Below, piece after piece: positions 17,143-20,218 of a stretch of DNA of 20,218 nucleotides. The notes below the pieces were generated by a model that saw only the letters and a list, made by a program, of their open reading frames with translations, searched no databases and was not told the DNA's origin. A program made the translations under genes and the position numbers. Numbering within the stretch: the stretch's first letter is position 1; each line of letters starts with the position of its first letter. Location of the stretch: assembly GCA_964573245.1 (NCBI GenBank), contig CAZNJA010000018.1:1-20218 (forward strand), read 5' to 3'. The stretch is from an uncultured bacterium. Its GTDB lineage: Bacteria > CAIJMQ01.

Positions 17143-17998
17143 CGTTATACTTCCAGCATATAATGAAGAGAATGTTATAGGGAATACGGTTCGGAATATT
17201 TTTAAGACTCTGAATAAATCCGAATTTAAGCCCTTTGAGGTGATTGTTGTTGATGATGGTTCAACAGACAACACGTTAAAAAAAGCTGAAATTGCCGGCG
17301 CTAAGGTTATACGGCATCCACACAATATAGGTTATGGACGTTCAATCAAAGACGGCATAAAGGCTGCATCTTATGACACTACTGTCATCTGTGATTCCGA
17401 CGGGACATACCCAATCAAAGAAGTCCCCGATATCATCCGTCAGTATCATTCAGGTTTTGATATGGTAGTTGGAGAACGTCGTGGCAAACATTATGAAGGC
17501 TCCCTGATTAAAAAAGGTTTAAGATTTATTCTGAAAGCGCTTGTAGAATTTACTTCGGGGAGAAAGATACCTGACATCAATTCTGGATTGAGGGTGTTCT
17601 CAAAAGAGACAGTCCTTCCCTATTTTTCAAGACTTTGCGATACTTTCAGCTTTACCACATCTTTAACATTAGCTTATATGATGACCGGAAAATTTGTAGC
17701 CTATAAGCCTATAAGCTACCACAAGCGGGTGGGCAAGACAAAGGTCCGATTATTTCACGACGCGCTGCGGACCATGCAATTTATTGTAGAAGCTATCATT
17801 TTTTATAATCCGCTTAAAATATTTATGCTTTTTTCCTGCGCTTTAATTTTGTTCTCAATTTTTGGTTTCTTAATCGCTTTCTGGTTTTCGATATTGGCAG
17901 GATATATTCTTGGACTCAGTTCGTTGTTCATGGCAATTCTAATGTTTGGAATCGGGCTGTTAGCCGTTCTGTTGAAGCAAATTATGCATGAAAAATAA
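17135..17998 (+). CDS. GT2 glycosyltransferase, DPM1/GtrB/ArnC-like (polyprenyl-phosphate glycosyltransferase)
   Basis: ISVILPAYNEE, VVDDGSTD, NIGYG, DxD in CDSDG, DMVVGER, DINSGLRVF, and two C-terminal TM helices. Confidence 0.88.
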   Translation: MISVILPAYNEENVIGNTVRNIFKTLNKSEFKPFEVIVVDDGSTDNTLKKAEIAGAKVIRHPHNIGYGRSIKDGIKAASYDTTVICDSDGTYPIKEVPDIIRQYHSGFDMVVGERRGKHYEGSLIKKGLRFILKALVEFTSGRKIPDINSGLRVFSKETVLPYFSRLCDTFSFTTSLTLAYMMTGKFVAYKPISYHKRVGKTKVRLFHDALRTMQFIVEAIIFYNPLKIFMLFSCALILFSIFGFLIAFWFSILAGYILGLSSLFMAILMFGIGLLAVLLKQIMHEK

Positions 17999-18054
17999 GC
18001 ATATCGGCGAATTGATAACATACCTATCGAAGTTCAGGTAATAAAAACAAAATT

Positions 18055-19857
18055 ATGTGTGGTATTGCAGGGAAAGTATCATTACATCACAGGCCTGATG
18101 TTCAGACTGTTCAGCGAATGACGCACAGGCTTTCACATCGTGGGCCTGATGCAGAAGGTGTTATAAACATAGATAATAACGCTGTGTTCGGTCATAGACG
18201 GCTATCCATAATCGATCTTAGTGCGAGCGCCAATCAACCCATGCAGGATGATTCAAAACGCTATACGATTGTCTATAACGGCGAAGTCTATAATTATCTG
18301 GAATTGAGAAAGGTATTAATAGATGAAGGGGTTCATTTCAGGACCAAATCCGATACAGAAGTCGTTTTGTACGCATATATTCGCTGGGGTGTAAAATGTT
18401 TCGAAAAATTTAACGGAATGTTCGCACTGGCAATTTGGGACAGTTGGGAAAAAACCCTGGTCTTGGCGAGAGATAGATTTGGGAAAAAGCCCCTTTTTTA
18501 TACTTTGTTGAATGGTGAAATTACATTCGCTTCCGAATTAACCGCTTTGCTGGAGGACAACTTCATTAGAAAAAACATTTCCCTTTCTATAGCAGGACTG
18601 AATCATTATCTCGCTATAGGATACATTCTCAGTCCACTGACTATTTATAAGGAAATTAATAAGCTTGAAGCAGCAACATATCTTCTTTTTCAAGACAACA
18701 AAATCAAAAAACACAGATATTGGGATTATAGGGTTTGTTTTGAACGTCAGATAAAACAAACTGAAAATGATATTGCTCAACAGCTTGATGGTCGTTTGGA
18801 GCAGGCCGTCAAATACAGGCTAATCAGCGATGTGCCGGTTGGCGCTTTTTTAAGCGGCGGGCTTGATTCCAGCGGTGTATCGGGCTATGCAAAGCGGCAT
18901 ATTCCTTATGAATTACACACTTTTTGTGTAGGGTTTAATGAAGCAAGTTATAATGAATCTGATGATGCCAAAATAATTGCTGATTACCTGCGCACAATTC
19001 ATCATGAACTTGTCCCGGATTTGAAAGGGGATAAAGAAACAATCCATAAAACGATTGATTGTTACGATGAGCCATTTTCGGATACATCATTGATCCCGAT
19101 GGTTCTCGTGTCAAAACTTGCCAGCCGGTTTGTGAAAGTTGTATTGTCAGGAGACGGTGCGGATGAAATATTTGGGGGATATATCACATATCAGGCCGAC
19201 CTGCTAAAAAAAAGATTTCAGTTCATACCGCCATTTATTCAAAGGTTAGCCTCCACAGTAATTAGGAAAACAGCACCTGAAAGTGCCGGAAAAATTCCAT
19301 TTGGGTTTAAACTCAAGCAATTCGCCAAGGGACTGGCGCAAAGTCCGCAATATGCCCATTACGCCTGGCGCGAATTACATGATGAAAATGAGAGAATATC
19401 GCTTATTGGAGAGGAACACCGTAAAGAGATTAAGGCATCGCATCCTTTTTTTATCTTTCAAAAATATTATGAGGAAACCAAAGACCTAGAGCAGATAAAC
19501 CAGCATTTCTATGTAGATGCTAAAACATGGCTTGCAGATGATATTTTAGTAAAAGTTGACCGCGCGACAATGGCGTTTGGCTTAGAATCCCGCCTGCCCT
19601 TTCTTGACCCCGATGTTGCTGCTTTTGCCGCATCTATTCCCCCTGCAATGAAGATTGGAAAACACGGCGGGAAATCTATTTTAAAAAAGGTTTTGAGCAG
19701 GCATCTGCCGTCCACTACAATCTACAAACAAAAATCAGGTTTCAATGCGCCTGTGAACGCCTGGTTTAATAACCGGCGGGAGAATGAATTCCGATTTTTT
19801 AATAGGTACGTGTGGAACCAAAAATGGCAGTCACTGAAAAACCTCCATGGGCTCTAA
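18055..19857 (+). CDS. asnB: Asparagine synthase (glutamine-hydrolysing) family amidotransferase, probably glycan amidating (WbpS-like)
   Basis: MCGIAG (N-terminal Cys nucleophile), HRGPD, GHRRLSIID, YNGEVYN, RDRFGKKPL, FLSGGLDSS, SGDGADEIFGGY and KVDR...RLPFLD. Confidence 0.92.
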   Translation: MCGIAGKVSLHHRPDVQTVQRMTHRLSHRGPDAEGVINIDNNAVFGHRRLSIIDLSASANQPMQDDSKRYTIVYNGEVYNYLELRKVLIDEGVHFRTKSDTEVVLYAYIRWGVKCFEKFNGMFALAIWDSWEKTLVLARDRFGKKPLFYTLLNGEITFASELTALLEDNFIRKNISLSIAGLNHYLAIGYILSPLTIYKEINKLEAATYLLFQDNKIKKHRYWDYRVCFERQIKQTENDIAQQLDGRLEQAVKYRLISDVPVGAFLSGGLDSSGVSGYAKRHIPYELHTFCVGFNEASYNESDDAKIIADYLRTIHHELVPDLKGDKETIHKTIDCYDEPFSDTSLIPMVLVSKLASRFVKVVLSGDGADEIFGGYITYQADLLKKRFQFIPPFIQRLASTVIRKTAPESAGKIPFGFKLKQFAKGLAQSPQYAHYAWRELHDENERISLIGEEHRKEIKASHPFFIFQKYYEETKDLEQINQHFYVDAKTWLADDILVKVDRATMAFGLESRLPFLDPDVAAFAASIPPAMKIGKHGGKSILKKVLSRHLPSTTIYKQKSGFNAPVNAWFNNRRENEFRFFNRYVWNQKWQSLKNLHGL

Positions 19858-19922
19858 ATTTTACAACTTATTCTGCGGGAATCATTGCAAGTGGTTTAGG
19901 TTTATAGTATACAGTTCACAAA

Positions 19923-20218
19923 ATGTTTAAAAAAGTATTTATTCTATCTTCCGGTAATATTTTAAATATTATTATCTCCGGATTATTAGGTATATATATT
20001 GCCAGGATACTTGGTCCGGAAGACAAAGGTATTCTTACAATTATATTAACTTCTTGTGGTCTTCTGTCTATGATTTTTGGTGCTGGTATTCCTTACTCTG
20101 CCGCCTATTACATCAGGTCCAAACCGAACAGTAAATATATTATATTGTCTCAAATGACCAAAATGATGGTCATCAACGGCATATTGTTATTTATACTCGT
20201 TATGCTAAGCAAGGATAT
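19923..20218 (+). CDS. wzx: Wzx-type oligosaccharide flippase, 5' part (runs off the window)
   Basis: Not in the ORF track. ATG 19923 gives MFKKVFILSSGNILNIIISGLLGIYIARILGPEDKGILTIIL...IFGAGIPYSAAYYI, containing the 'ARxLGPExxG' MOP/Wzx signature. Open to the window end. Confidence 0.82.
   Translation, partial: MFKKVFILSSGNILNIIISGLLGIYIARILGPEDKGILTIILTSCGLLSMIFGAGIPYSAAYYIRSKPNSKYIILSQMTKMMVINGILLFILVMLSKD

Noticed and set aside
2-19715. Many 60-134 aa minus-strand ORFs and short out-of-frame plus-strand ORFs in the track
   Set aside because: All lie over well-supported + strand genes, have no recognisable motifs and look like shadow ORFs.
1-20218. CRISPR arrays, tRNA/rRNA, IS elements, intrinsic terminators
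   Set aside because: No repeat-spacer pattern, transposase or GC-rich hairpin with a U tract was seen, and all intergenic gaps are about 65 nt or shorter.

Overview
The whole window lies inside one + strand, tightly coupled bacterial surface-polysaccharide (O-antigen/capsule-type) biosynthesis locus. Gene order: (1) end of a WbpB/WlbA-like oxidoreductase, then WbpD-like N-acetyltransferase and WbpE-like aminotransferase (2,3-diacetamido-uronic acid pathway); (2) a short Wzz; (3) a nonulosonic acid cassette in which neuB-neuC and neuA enclose three extra enzymes: a D-2-hydroxyacid dehydrogenase, a thiamine-diphosphate (ThDP) enzyme and a Gfo/Idh/MocA oxidoreductase; (4) an ~890-aa fusion of a GT-C-like multipass membrane protein with a Ser-Asp-His alpha/beta hydrolase; (5) five consecutive SAM-dependent enzymes (B12 radical SAM, twitch/SPASM radical SAM, three class I methyltransferases); (6) a DPM1/ArnC-like GT2, an AsnB-type amidotransferase and the start of a Wzx flippase. 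I saw no RNA genes, CRISPR arrays or mobile elements. The best candidates for new biology are the expanded neuBC-X-X-X-neuA cassette, which may make a carbon-skeleton-remodelled sialic-acid-like sugar, the GT-C/esterase fusion and the SAM tailoring block. All functional calls come from motifs recognised by eye; no database searches were run.
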